Below, piece by piece: positions 44,399 through 57,164 of a stretch of 64,000 nt of DNA (position 1 is its first letter; every line of letters starts with the position of its first letter). Origin of the DNA: Eledone cirrhosa (taxonomy: Eukaryota). The notes beneath the pieces are model-generated. The model did not search any database and was not told where the DNA came from. It saw only the letters and a program-made list of their open reading frames with translations. The position numbers and the translations under genes were made by a program. Location: positions 245,210,001 to 245,274,000 of the forward strand of contig OZ024740.1 in assembly GCA_964016885.1 (NCBI GenBank), written 5' to 3'.

Positions 44399-44792
44399 TA
44401 AACGGAATAGAAAATGCTGACAAATTGTTCGCAGTTGAAAAATGGTTTAATTAGGAATAAAAGAGTATTAGTAATTGTATGGGTTAGTATTCAGTTGTGG
44501 TTTTAAGTTTTTAAGTTTTTACCGGTTGCGCATTTCTAAATGCTTTTCAAAAATAATTTTGAGATAGAGTGTCCGTGCTGTTTGCTCTGATCTGAGCAAA
44601 CAGCACGGACACTCTATCTCAAAATTATTTTTGAAAAGCATTTAGAAATGCGCAACCGGTAAAAACTTAAAAACTTAAAACCACAACTGAATACTAACCC
44701 ATACAATTACTAATACTCTTTTATTCCTAATTAAACCATTTTTCAACTGTGAACAATTTGTCAGCATTTTCTATTCCGTTTACCAATATATA
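44389..44792. repeat. ~200-bp-arm near-perfect palindrome (6-nt loop) of a pLTR-like repeat
   Basis: GTCCGTGCTGTTTGCTC-TGATCT-GAGCAAACAGCACGGAC at the centre. A single-arm copy lies at 38640-38740. Carries a decayed HHR-like TTGAAAA-GCATT..AATGC-GCAA-CCGG-TA. Confidence 0.92.
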
Positions 44793-44927
44793 ATAACTTG
44801 TGTGTTACACCTCTATTCTTTTAACTATATATATATATATATATATACGGGTATGTATGTGTGCTTATATATACCTATGTACAAACATACACGAATCCAT
44901 ACATGCACATACATACATACATACATA

Positions 44928-47900
44928 GACAGTCAACGCGATCAGTCGCATATTTTGGCGTGGGAGACTATTTATTAAATTTAAGATTAATACTATCTCC
45001 GACAGTAATGCCATAACTACAGCCGGGTTGAATAACTGGTTATTCTTCTAACTATCCCTTCTTTATTCGAATTCGTAGAGATATCCGACTAAATACATAA
45101 TTCATTTTACAAGGATTTGCTACAAACAGCATGGCTGAACACAACAAAAACAAAAAAATTAAGGAAGTATCGAAGACAAATAACAAGGAAGGTAATCAAA
45201 CTTTATTCAGTTGTAGCTACAGAAGAAACCGAAATTATAAATCGCATTTCTCTTGGAGTTGCGAACTTAATAATGATTTATTTAATTGTTATAAAATGAC
45301 AAAAAACAATCCCTCCATTGGCTATATGAATAGAATGAAGCTACACTGGGACGAAATGCACCCAGAGCTAAATTATTTCACAGCGAAACAATTACGCCAA
45401 CAAGCGACGTTTGTTGAACGTAAAAATAAGATAAATATTATTAATTGTAAGTCCCCCACAACAAACATGGAATCAACAACACGTGCTACAGGTCGCCATG
45501 CTACTAGACTTCCTAGCAGCCAGGTCGAACAGCGCCTTGAAACAACTATGCCTGTAAGAAACTTGACACCACCTGTACCATCTAAGTCTACCTCGAATTC
45601 TGGGAAAACACTGTCGATAATAATAATAATCGAAGAAATAATAATAATAATCGATTAAATGTGACACCACGTATACCATCCGAGTCTACCTCGACTGTTG
45701 TGGAAAATACTATCGATAATGATAATCAAAAGTATAAACAATTGAAAATTTCCCTCAACGAAATCTTCTAGAGAGAAATATCTCTTTTGCTGAACGTGTT
45801 AAAATGACAATGGTGAATAAAAAACCAAATAATGTAATACTACGTGTTATTGACGAAATAGGGGATGGATATTTACGACGGATAAAAACCCCAACATTTT
45901 GGCAAATCAACGCCTGTTTATATGCCCTAGCAATGACAGTGAAGCATTATCTTGGTGATAGCAGAGATATTAACAAGAACAAAACACCCCCCAAAATACC
46001 ATCATATATAACTAAAATAGAAAAAAAGAGTACTGACCTACGAAAAAACATAGGACATGTGACAATGCTCCTTACATGCAAACAAACACAAAAAAACCTC
46101 AATCTTCACCAACAAAGAGTGAAAAATAAAATAGAGACGATGTTTGGTAACAGTAGAACCAGAACTCTCCAATATAAGCTCCAAGAATTGAGAGCTGTTA
46201 GCGAAAAACGCCGATACCTGAAGAAGGTAGATGAGAGAAAAGTGCTTAATAAAAGATTCAGACGAAACTAAACATCAGTCTATAGAGATATGAAGGGAAA
46301 AATAATAAGTGTCACTGAGGCCCCATCCCAGAAAGACATAGATTCCTTTTGGAGAAAAATATGGGGTGAAAAGAAGAATTTCAACCAAGATGCAGTGTGG
46401 CTAAGAGAAATCCGAAAGAACTATTTCTCCTACACTACAACAAAAACATACGAAATAAGTGAGGGTACCCTTGAGACTGTGATAGGAAAACTCCAAGATA
46501 AGAAAGCACCAGGATGAGACATGATTGTCGGCTACTGGTACAGAAAACTAATATTCTATCGGAGGTATCTTACTGACCTCTACCAACAAGTTCTTAAGGA
46601 AGATGCACTTATACCAGAATGGTTGACATTAGTACAAACGTTACTGGTCCCCAAGAACAAAGACACCCACTTGGCAAAAAACTTCCGACACATTGCATGC
46701 CAGAACCTGATGTATAAGATGTATACAGCCTGCCTGAACCTATTCCTCCAAGATCACTGTGAAAATAATAACATCACAGATGAACAAGCAGCTGGAAAGA
46801 AAGGGGTTTGGGGATGTGCTGAACAACTCCTAATCAACAAAACGGCGATGTCGGAGGTGTGACAACTTAGGAGGAATATGGCTACAGTCTGGCTGGACTA
46901 CAGGAAAGCTTTCGATTCTGTTCCCCACTCTTGGATGATAGAGGCCCTCCAACTTGCTAAAGTCCCAGACATTATTGTCAGAGCCATAGAGAGGCTGTCT
47001 TCTTCTTGGGCTACTATCCTAAAGTTAAAGACAGAGAGGGAGGACTCTATTTTCACTGATAAAATAAAATATTGCAGGGGTATATTTCAGGGGGACAGTC
47101 TCTCTGTGATATTGTTCATCTTGTCATTAAACCCGTTGTCCTTTCTGTTCAAGAAATGTGAGGGATACATCATTGGCTCACAGGAGGACTGAAATACGAA
47201 CCTAACCCATAATCTCTTTGTGGACGATCTGAAACTATATGCCAAGAACATGGATGGGATGAAGAAAAATCTTGACCTGGTTACAACTTTCTCAAAGGAT
47301 ATAGGAATGGAGTTTGGCCAAGATAAATGCTCATACATGACTGTAAAGCGGGGAAAAACAACAACCCAATTTAGCAACATTGTCATCAATGGTCTAACTG
47401 TTTCACCGATATCTGATGAGGACTGCTACAGATTCCTGGGGATAGATGAGAACATATCCTATAATGGTATCTGTAATAAAGAACGCGTAACCAGGGAATA
47501 CTACACCCGATTAAGAAAGATCTGGTCATCGGAACTCTCTGCGCAAAACAAAACAGTGGCTCACAATGTGTTTGCTGTGCCTGTCCTAACACCAACGTTT
47601 GGAATACTCAATTGGACGATAGACGAAATCCGAGCAGTTGATGTTGGAACTCGAAAAATACTAAACAACACCGGAAACTTCCACATCAACAGTGACATAG
47701 ACCGCCTTTACTTGAAACGTAAGCAGGGAGGCAGAGGCCTAACATCAGTCCAGACAACATTTGAATGTCGCATCATATCTCTCCGACAACATCTACGAAC
47801 CTCGAAGCGTAGGAGCCCGTTTCTCGAGCAAGTCTATCCGCATGAAACAGATAAGATCATGAGAGTTGGGAAGGAACTCCTCGAGAAGTATTCCTTGTGT

Positions 47901-49005
47901 GATAATCAAAAATTCACACCCAGGGATGTCGCTCAGCAGTATCGCAGTGAATCCATGGATGAAAAACTGTATGCCTATCAGCAAAAAATCATGCATGGAT
48001 ATGTTGCCAGGAAGCCCCAGAGTGAGAGTAATATAGATAAGGAAAGTAGTCTATCTTGGACCAACAACCGCTATATTGGCTCCCACTGTGAAGGATACGC
48101 TTTTGAAATCCAGGAACAGGAGATTAGCAGGAAATACCTGATTCACAAAAGAGATAGGGATGCAGGCAAAACACCTAGATGTGATAACAAGTGCAGACCC
48201 TGCAGAACTAACATCGAGGATATCACCCATATCAGCAGCTGTCCAAAGATGTCATCGCGGTACTATCTACCTATGAGGCATGATGTAGTGGCCAAAACAC
48301 TGTACAATGCAGTTTGTAAAAAAGATAGCCCCGATAATAAACACATTAAAAGCTACAACAATGTGGAAGACATCCATGTACATAATATGAAAGAGTACTG
48401 GTGGAATGTTCCAGTAAAAACCCCAATAAAATGCAGGCATAACAGACCAGATATTATGATATGGGACAGCGAGAGGAAAACATGCACAGTAGTGGAAATT
48501 AGCTGCCCAGCAGATGCCAATATAATATCAAAGATTAGTGAAAAGGAGAATAGTTATGCAGAACTGATGAGAAATCTGCAGATACTCCACCCTGATTACA
48601 CCTTCAGATTTATGCCTGTGGTTATTGGGGCACTGGGATATGTTAGTAACTGCCTCAATACAAACCTTGAGAAGCTAGGCTTCACAGGAACAGAAAGAAC
48701 ACAACTAGTTAGGAAATTACAAGTACAATCCATTAATGGAACAGTAAAAATATGTAAAACATTCCAAAATGTTTGCATCTAATAACTGCATATACACATG
48801 TACAGATGCAAAGCATATACACATGCACACATACAACTCAAAACATACACATCCACACATACAATAACATCCATATCTACACATGCATGCATACATATCT
48901 ACCTAGTTGATGTTGTGTAAATTCCAATGAGAGTCTTGTGTCTATTTTAGAAAACCGACTCTCTCTCTATTGGTAAAACTTTGTGAAATTATAAAACCAG
49001 AAGAA
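44928..49005 (+). mobile_element. Second R4-clade (Dong/Rex6-like) RLE non-LTR retrotransposon, near full length, inactivated, in (CATA)n
   Basis: ORF pieces 45131-48782 give KAPG, NFRHIACQNLMYK, EQAAGKKGVWGCAEQLLIN, WLDYRKAFDSVPHSW, RGIFQGDSLS, FVDDLKLY, CRPCRTNIEDITHISSC, NRPDIMIWD..VVEISCP..K..Y. Several stops and frameshifts. Confidence 0.92.
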
Positions 49006-49419
49006 CATACATACACACATACACACATACATACATGATGGCTGTAAATCGATTTCAAGTAATGCTATCGCTTGACACCTAAGCATGAGCCGCACGGACG
49101 TGGCTTTTGAGTCCTGCTAGGGACTAACACACTTGCACAAACGCTGCTACATACATATATACATACACACATACATACAACATAAGTGCAATGCTTAAAA
49201 ATTCATGATGCTTTATTGTAATTATAATTAGCATCCAGTTTTAAAGAAAACCGCGTATATAACTGCACAGAACCAGGTTAAAGGTCTAGCTGTGTAACAT
49301 TTAGAAGGAAATAAAACCCACTGGAACGGATAGATAACAAGTGGAAGCTGGGCTATTTAAGTTTTGGGCAGTTTCAAAGAAAAATGCATTCAACAAATTT
49401 CAATTGTATTATATAATGT

Positions 49420-49630
49420 AGGGCTGTAGATTGGCAATATCGGTAGAACATATCGGATACCATGCTTTGTGACATATAGTTACCTCCCTTGATATTCTGA
49501 GTTCAAATCCAGCTAAAGTTAGCTTTGCATTTTATCCTTACAGGGTCGGTAAAATAAAGCAACAGTAACGCACTTGGGTCGATTTAATCGAATTTCCCCT
49601 CTCCCTAAATTGTTGACCTTGTGTCTAAAT
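49420..49630 (+). mobile_element. tRNA-derived SINE (family S1)
   Basis: Full S1 consensus. Its tail position is occupied by the (CTT)n of the adjacent RTE. Confidence 0.8.
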
Positions 49631-50375
49631 CTTCTTCTTCTTCTTCTTCTTCTTCTTCTTCTTCTTCTTCTTCTTCTTCTTCTTCTTCTTCTTCTTCTCC
49701 TTCTTCTTCTCCTTCTTCTTCTTCTTCTTCTTCTTCTTCTTCTTCTTCTTCTTCTTTGTCTACTTATTCCTGAGAGGGCAGAGTCCTCAACCACTCCTTC
49801 CAGTGGGTCCTGTCAGAAGCAACCGACTCCAACTGATCCGGCTAGATTTCCAAGCGAAACCAACCAAGCTCATGAATGTTATCCACACATCTGGCTCGAG
49901 GTCTTCCCGTGGGTCCCCTGCCGGTTAGTTTTGCCCGTAAAATCTGCCCAGCGATTCTTTCCTGAGACAATCTAACCACATGTCAAGAGTATCGGAGCTG
50001 TGATCTCTCAATTCGGAGAAGTAACGGCTCTACCTGGAGTGACTCTCTTATCTCCGAGCTATGCACTCTATCAAGTAACGTTACTCCAAAGACTCTTCAG
50101 GGAAAGCCCATTTCGGCCACTTGTATTCGCGATCGTATACTTTCAGTAGGGTTGGCACGCCTACTTCCCTTCTTATGGTTACTGAATGCTGAAGCTGGCA
50201 CATTACTGCACCAGCTCCTGCAATTCTTGCACTTAATTCATCCTTCCATCATTCGTGAACACGGCCCCGAGATACTTGGACGTCTCTACCTGCTTCAGTG
50301 TAACTCCATTCGCATGTAGAGTGCACTGTGCAGGCTTCCTTGAGAGGACGAGTGTCTCAGTTTTCGCAGCACTGA
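49631..50375 (-). mobile_element. RTE-clade LINE 3' fragment with (GAA)n tail
   Basis: Minus strand gives decayed KYLG..IRSRIQVAEM..TLLDRVHSSEIRESLQVEPLL..GRPRAR..DNIHEL..ASDRTHWK, then a long (GAA)n tract. Confidence 0.75.
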
Positions 50376-50504
50376 TTTTCATTCCAGCAATACAGCACTC
50401 CTATATAATGTTTGCAATAAAAAAGTCGAAAGAGAAAATAGAGAAAGTAAGAAAGAGCGGAAAACTTTACACCCCAATTGGTGTATCTCGTTTGTACCCC
50501 TTGC

Positions 50505-50665
50505 GGACAAAATAACGAAGGCATTGCCGCGAAAATCACCCGTTGCATCAACCACTCAACCTCACGCGGGTCCTTCCTCAGGCGGGATGCGCTCCTCTCA
50601 ATTTTGGAAAACGGTAGTTCGGAGAACGAAGACACCGGAGGTTTTGAAACCTACTTGTACGAAAA
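50505..50665 (-). mobile_element. CRE-like element 3' fragment, decayed
   Basis: RKDPREVEWLMQRV.. is homologous to 30245-30330 and 31470-31548. Confidence 0.55.
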
Positions 50666-51044
50666 GGAATCAGTCGGTCAAGTCCCGTGTTGTAGACCTG
50701 TAACATAAAAAAGAAAGAAAAAGATCCGGTTACAGAAAAAGCAGAAAACGAGCCCAGATCGAACCCTAGTAAGTATTGAATCTCCATCGATTCTGACAAC
50801 GAGGTTTCATGTTATTCGTACAACAGCTTGCTTGCAAAATTAACATTTAAGAGACTGAGCATTCCACAGACACGTGCACCCCATAACATAGTTCTCAGGG
50901 AGATTCAGCACGACACAGTGAGTGACAAGGCTGACCCATTGAATTACAGGTACAACACAAGTTTGGCATTTGAGTGGAGTGGATCAACGGGAAATGAATT
51001 TAGTATCTTGCTCAAGGACACAAGAACAGAAGTTTAATAAGTCT

Positions 51045-51643
51045 TTAATTATAGAGGTATCTAATTGTTAAGCCTCCCCGGTAATATCTAAGCTAAGTGT
51101 CTCGCAAAGAGATGTAGGGGGGTTGTTGAATCCAAGTTACCTCGACAGGTTATCTCTGACATGCTATTGATATATTTGATGCCAAATGCTGCACGGTCGG
51201 AATTAAAATCAGTGCTGAGGAGACTGAGAAACTCGTCCTCTGAAGGAAACCTATGCCGTGCTCTCTACATGTGAGTGGAATTGCACTGAAACAGGTGGAG
51301 ACGTTCAAGTGCCTCGGAGCTGTGTTCTCAAGTGAGAAGGCAGGTGGCTGAATTAAGTGAAAGACTTGCAGGAGCTGGTGCAGTTATGCGCCAACTTTAG
51401 CATTCGGTCATCAGAAGAAGTGAGGTAGGTGTAAGAGCCAAACTTGCTATCTTTAATTCGGTATTCAAGCCAGCCCTTAACAATGGTCAAGTAATGATTG
51501 ATAGAATACGATCGCAAATACAAACGGTCGAAATGGAGTTCTGTGGAATAATCTTTGGAGTAACCTTACTCGATAGAGTGCGTAGCTCAGAGATCAGAGA
51601 GTCACTCCAGGTAGAGCCGCTACTTTTCTGAATTGAGATATCT
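51045..51643 (+). mobile_element. RTE-clade LINE RT fragment
   Basis: KQVETFKCLGAVFSSE..AGAVMRQL..AKLAIFNSVF..IRSQIQTVEMEF..GVTLLDRVRSSEIRESLQVEPLL. Same family as 49631-50375, opposite strand. Confidence 0.75.
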
Positions 51644-53215
51644 CTTCCCTTCAGTATGCATTGACCCTCGAGCCTTTACTGCTGAAGCTTGAGCTGTTGC
51701 AGGGCATCTCGCTCGAACCGGGACGCGAAAGGACTGTGTCGGGATACGCGGACGACATCACCGTGATGGTGTCGAATACCTCGGAAATCGAGGTGGTCGG
51801 CACCTTCCCAAAGGAATATGAAAGGTTGACGGGAGCAAACCTGAACCCGCAAACGTCGGTGGGTTTGCAGCCCGGCACCTGGAGAGGTAAATTCATGCTA
51901 TCCAACAACATCGTTGGACATTGAGCGGGTGGATCAGTGATGTTGCTCAGAGTCTGGTTCGGACCAAACCTCCAGATGGATAAGAACTGGGGCGAGGTAA
52001 CGAGCAGGTTGGCCACTCTCACCCAGAAATGGGGCGAGAGGAAGCTGTCCCTGAAAAGTCGGGTGAAGGTGGCGAACGTGTACATCGCATCTGTCATCTG
52101 TTACCGCCTGACCGTCGTTCCTTGCCCCCGTTCATGCCTCGTCAGACTGGAACGGCTCCTTTTCAACTTCTTGTGGAAGGGACTGGTTTCGTTAGTGAGG
52201 CGGTCCATCTTCTGCCAGCACTCTCTACGCGCAGGGTTAGGGATGCCATGGCTGATGATGCGCAAATACTCGCTGAGACTACGGTATCTTCAGATATTCT
52301 GCTTAAACGGTGAAGAGGTGTGGTCGCCGTTTGTAAGACAGGCCTTTCCACAGCTCGTCTCTTTGACTGAGCTGCAGTCATGGGTCAGGAAGAGACCGAG
52401 ACTTGTCGCCTGACATCTAGAATGTTGCCAGGTGCTCACTGCCCTCTACCAGGCTGGAAATGCGATCAGTGGAAATTCCACCCTCGAGTTCTATAGAGGG
52501 TTAGTGGTGGGCAAGTGCGTCAATGCACTTGGAGAGGCGTCGACGAAATCGAAATAACCAGTCTGTTCCGGAGGATTTTTGAGCTGGGGACAATGGATAA
52601 ATCCCTCGCTTGGCAGCGCTACCGGTGGGCACTGCCAGTTCTGGGTAAACTCTACCAGCATGGAAGTTATTTCAGGCGGACCTTCCCGAGACAAGTCCAT
52701 AGTGAAGATCGACCCACCGCTTTAGTTTAGCCTGGAAGGGCAGGCAATTTCCCTCCGTCTGGTGACGGTAGCGAAAGAGATTGTGTGGTGGAAAGGATTG
52801 AAAACAGGTGGAAGGACTGAAAACAGACACTTTTGTTTTCGACTAATCCCTCGTCGACTTTTTCAAGTTTCACTTGGAGAGGAAGGTGATGAAAGAGAGA
52901 GAAATGCTTCCTCTCCCCAGTACATTTGCTAAAGGATGGGTAAATGTGGTGAGAATGGCCCGTAGGCTGATTAATTTGTGGAGGAGATGGGTGCCCTCGA
53001 AGTGTCGGGTGATTTAGGATTGGTGGGGTACCTGAGTCGATATTGGCTGGTTATCACCCCTATTGGGGAAATGTTGTTGTAGTAGTTTATTGTTATTTTG
53101 TTATTGTTATTTATATTGTTTACACGTATTTATGTAAAAAAAAAACACTCTCCCTGTCTTTTGTATTGTTCCCAATATGTCAGCCCTTGTGGCCAATAAA
53201 TGAAGGCATTATTAT
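51644..53215 (+). mobile_element. Tx1/L1-clade LINE, older decayed copy
   Basis: LEPLL..GYADDITV..WFGPNLQMDKNW..GLGMPWL with multiple stops. AATAAA and an (ATT)n tail at 53195-53216. Confidence 0.88.
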
Positions 53216-55060
53216 TGTGAGGGTGAACGGTCACCTGTCGCAGCCGTTCAACATCATGCGCTCAGTCCGCCAGGGTTGTCCCCTCTCGCCCCTCTTGTAC
53301 GTATTGGCTCTCGAGCCGTTACTGCACAAACTGGGGGCGATGAGGGGCGTCCCACGCGAACTAGGATGCGGGAAATCCGAGTCGGCTTACGCCGACGACG
53401 TTACCGTGGTGGTGTCGAGCACCAGACATGTCCAGATGCTCGGCACCGCTCTCAAGGAATACGAAGCGGTGACAAGAGCAAAGATAAACCAGGAAAAGTC
53501 GGTGGGCTTGCAGCTCGGCACCTGGAGAGGCAAGTCCATGCCGTCCGACAGCGTCGTGGGGCGTTGGACGGACAGACCGGTTCAATTGCTCGGGGTCTGG
53601 TTTGGACCGGACCTCCAGATGGAGAAAAACTGGAACGAGGTGACGAGCAAGATGGCTTCCCTCACCCAGAAATGGGCCGAGAGGAAGCTGTCCCTGAAAG
53701 TCCGGGCGGAGGTGGCGAATGCGTACATCACATCCGTCATCTGCTACCGCCTCACCGTCGTCCCTTGCTCCGGCCCAACTCTCATCAAAATGGAGCGCCT
53801 CCTCTTCCGCTTTTTGTGGAAGGGACGCGCTCCCATGGTCAGACAATCCATCTGTTGTCAACACCTGTTGCGTGGAGGACTGGGCATGCCATGGTTGATG
53901 ATGCGCAAACATGCGCTGAGGCTGCGACATCTCTGGTGCTTCCTTGTCGGTGAACAGGTGTGGTCGCCGTTCGCCAGGCACGTTTTCCCACAGCTCGTCT
54001 CCTTGACGGAGCTGCAGTCTTGGGTCAGAAAAAGACCGAGGGATAGCGCTTAGAAACTGGAATGTCTCCGGGCGCTCACTGCTCTCTGCCAGCTGGGCAC
54101 CAGTATTGGTGGAACATCCACCTCGGCGTTCTATAGAGTACTAGTGGAGGGGAAGAGCGACAACGTTCTCGGAGAGATCCTAGGCGTCGAAGATCAGCTG
54201 TTTGCTCTCTTCCGGAGAACTTTCAGCCCAGGGCCTATGGATAACTTCCAAAAATCCCTGGCCTGGCAGTGCTACCCGGGAGCGCTGCCGGTTCGAGATA
54301 AGCTCTACAGGCACGGCAGTGCCGTCAGCCGAGCCTGTCCAAGATGCGCGCAGAGCGACGAAACCGTCGTGCACGCACTCGTTCAGTGCCCGAGCATTGC
54401 TGACTTGTGGAGCTATGTCGAACAGTTGCTGTCGCGTGTAGGACTGATCCGGTTATCGACTGAGTCCATTGTGCAGATGGTCTCGCCGTCTTCCTTCGAG
54501 GAGGAAGGGCAGGCGGTTTTCATCTACCTGGTGGCCATGGCGAAAGAGATTGTGTGGTGGACAAGGTTGAAAGGGTTAAAGACAGACACTTTCCTCTTCG
54601 GCGAATCCCTAATTACCTTTTTCAAGTTTCAACTGAAGAGGAAAATCAGGGTGGAGAGGCAAGTGCTGCCTTCTAGCAAGTTTGTTGAAAGGTGGGTGAA
54701 TGTAGCGAGAATGGTCCGAGTGAACGGGACCACTCTGAATATACGTCTGTAGTTTGGGAAATGGAAAAATTGAGAGAGGGCGCTTGCCCTGGTGGTCAGG
54801 GTGGCCGTGGTCTTTTGTGTGGTTTTCGCCACGAGTAACCCTCGGAGGTTTCCCCCCTATTGGGGAATTTTTCATTGTTTCAATTTTCATTTTTATTGTT
54901 TATATATATATATGTTTCTATGTCCTTTTTTTCTTTTCTTATATAAATAATAAAAATATTTACACGCGCAAAACCCACATCGTACCGTCCTGTACCGTTC
55001 TGTGCCGTCTGTAATGTTTTTCTTGTTGTCAGCCCTTGCGGCCAATAAAGAAATCATTAT
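53216..55060 (+). mobile_element. Tx1/L1-clade LINE, 5'-truncated within RT
   Basis: VNGHLSQPFNIMRSVRQGCPLSPLLYVLALEPL, AYADDV and the CPRC..HALVQC zinc motif. One in-frame stop at 54051-54053. AATAAA tail. Confidence 0.93.
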
Positions 55061-55265
55061 TTGGATTGGCAGTATTGGTAGAGTGTCGGATGCCATGCTT
55101 TGGCGCATAGAGTTACGGCCCTTGCCATTCTGAGGTCAAATCCCGCCGAGGTTAACTTTGCCTTTCATCCTTACGTGGTCGATAAAATAAAGTACCAGTA
55201 ATACACTGAGTAATTGCTGGACTTGTTCCTAACGTAGAAACAATTACTATTGTTGTTGTTGTTAT
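55061..55265 (+). mobile_element. tRNA-derived SINE (family S1) between two LINE copies
   Basis: S1 consensus, with the tail drifting from (ATT)n to (GTT)n. Confidence 0.85.
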
Positions 55266-56654
55266 TGGGACAAGGTGAGCAGGGTGGCTTCTCTCACCCA
55301 GAAATGGGCGGAGAGGAAGCTATCCCTGAAAGGTCGAGCGGAGGTGGCTAACGCATACATCGCGTCCGTCATCTACTACCGCCTGACCGTCATACCTTGT
55401 CCTAAGCCCCGCCTGACTGCGCTGGAGCGTTTGCTCTTTCGCTTTTTGTGGAAGGGACGCGCTCCGATGGTCAGGCGGTCCATCTGCTGTCAACACCCGC
55501 TACGTGGAGGGCTGGGCATGCCGTGGCTGATGATGCGCAGACACGCGCTCAGGCTACGACATCTCCACCTCTTCCTCGACGGTGATCAGGTGTGGTCGCC
55601 ATTTGCTAGACGCGTCTTTCCCCAGCTCGTCTCCTTGGCGGAGCTGCAGTCCTGGGTCAAGCGAAGACCGAGAGGGAGCGCTTGGATACTGGAATGTCTT
55701 CAGGCGCTCACAGCCCTCGACCAATCGGGCAATGTGATCGGTGGAAACTCCACCTTGGCGTTCTATAGAGGATTAGTGGAGGGGAAGAGCGACGACATAC
55801 TTGGGAAAACTCTAGGCGTCGACGAAAATCAACTAGCCAATCTTTTCGGAAGGACTTTGGGGCTGGGGCCTATGGACAACTTCCAGAAATCCCTGGCCTG
55901 GCAGTGCTACCGAGGAGCTTTGCCTGTTTGGGATAAACTCTACAGGCATGGAGGTGCCGTCAGCCGGGCATGTCCGAGATGCGCACAGGGCGACGAAACC
56001 TTCCTACACGCACTCGTCCAGTGTCCGAGCATTTCTGACTTGTGGATGTATGTCGAACACCTGCTGTCGCGTGTAGGACGGATCCAGCTATCAGCTGAGT
56101 CCATCGTGAGGATTGCCCAGCCCTCTTCCTTTAGCCGGGAGGGCAGGAAGTTTTTATCTGTTTAGTGGCCATGGCGAAAGGGATAGTATGGTGGACACGT
56201 TTGAAAGCGCTGAAGACGAGCACTTACCTCTTCGGTGATGCCCTGATTAACTTTTTCAAATTTCATTTGAAAAGGAAACTCAGGGTAGAGAGGGAAGTGC
56301 TCTCTTCCCAGCATTTTGTTGAAAGATGGGTGAGAGAGGCAAGAATGGCCCGAGTGAACGGGCCTACTCTGAGTATGTGTCTGTAAATTAAAGGTGAAAA
56401 ACTGGGAGAGGGCTCTTGCCCTGGTGGTCAGGGTCACTGTGGCTTTTTAATGGGCTTTCTCCACGAATGTTCCTCGGAAGTCTCCCCCGTATTGGTGAAC
56501 TTTTCATTGTTATTTTTTGTTACATCCTCTGTTTTTGTTTTTTACACGCAGAAATGCCCATTTGTACCGTCCTGTATTGTCCTGTACTGTCCTTAATGTC
56601 TACTTTATGTAAACCCTTGTGGTTAATAAAGAAAGCATTATTATTATTATTATT
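55266..56654 (+). mobile_element. Tx1/L1-clade LINE, 5'-truncated
   Basis: ORFs 55275-56165 and 56165-56386 are homologous to 53640-54752. (ATT)n tail. Confidence 0.92.
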
Positions 56655-57095
56655 GGGCGGTGGAATGGCAATATCGGTAGAGCGTCAGACACCCTGCTTC
56701 ACAGCATAGAGTTATGGCCCTTTACGTTCTGAGTTCCCGCCGAGGTTTACTTTGCCTTTCATCCTTACGGGGTCGATAAAATAAAGCACCAGTAATGTAC
56801 TTGAGGTAGAAACAATTATTATTATTGTAACATAGAGTTATAGCTCTTTACGTTCTGAGTTCAAATCCCACTGAGGTTAACTTTGCCCTTCGTCCTTACG
56901 GGGTCGATGAAATAAAGTATCAGTAATGCATGGGTCGATTTAATCGACTTTCCCCTCCCCCAACATTGCTGGCCTTATGCCTCTAATAGAAATTATTATT
57001 ATTAGGAGTCGATAAAATAAAGCACAAGTAATGCACTGGGATAATTGCTGGCCTTGCGCCAAAAGTAGAAACAATTATTATTATTATTATTATTA
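56655..57095 (+). mobile_element. Head-to-tail array of S1 SINEs (one full, two truncated)
   Basis: Repeated GTCGAT.AAATAAAG.A.CAGTAATG..AGAAA..ATTATTATT, followed by (CAT)n at 57105-57163. Confidence 0.85.
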
Positions 57096-57114
57096 TCAGA
57101 ATCAGCATCATCAG

Positions 57115-57164
<50 letters not shown>

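Noticed and set aside
49519-49794. Poly-Arg and poly-Leu ORFs, and similar YI/HT/ER/LS/poly-I ORFs elsewhere
   Set aside because: Translations of microsatellites.
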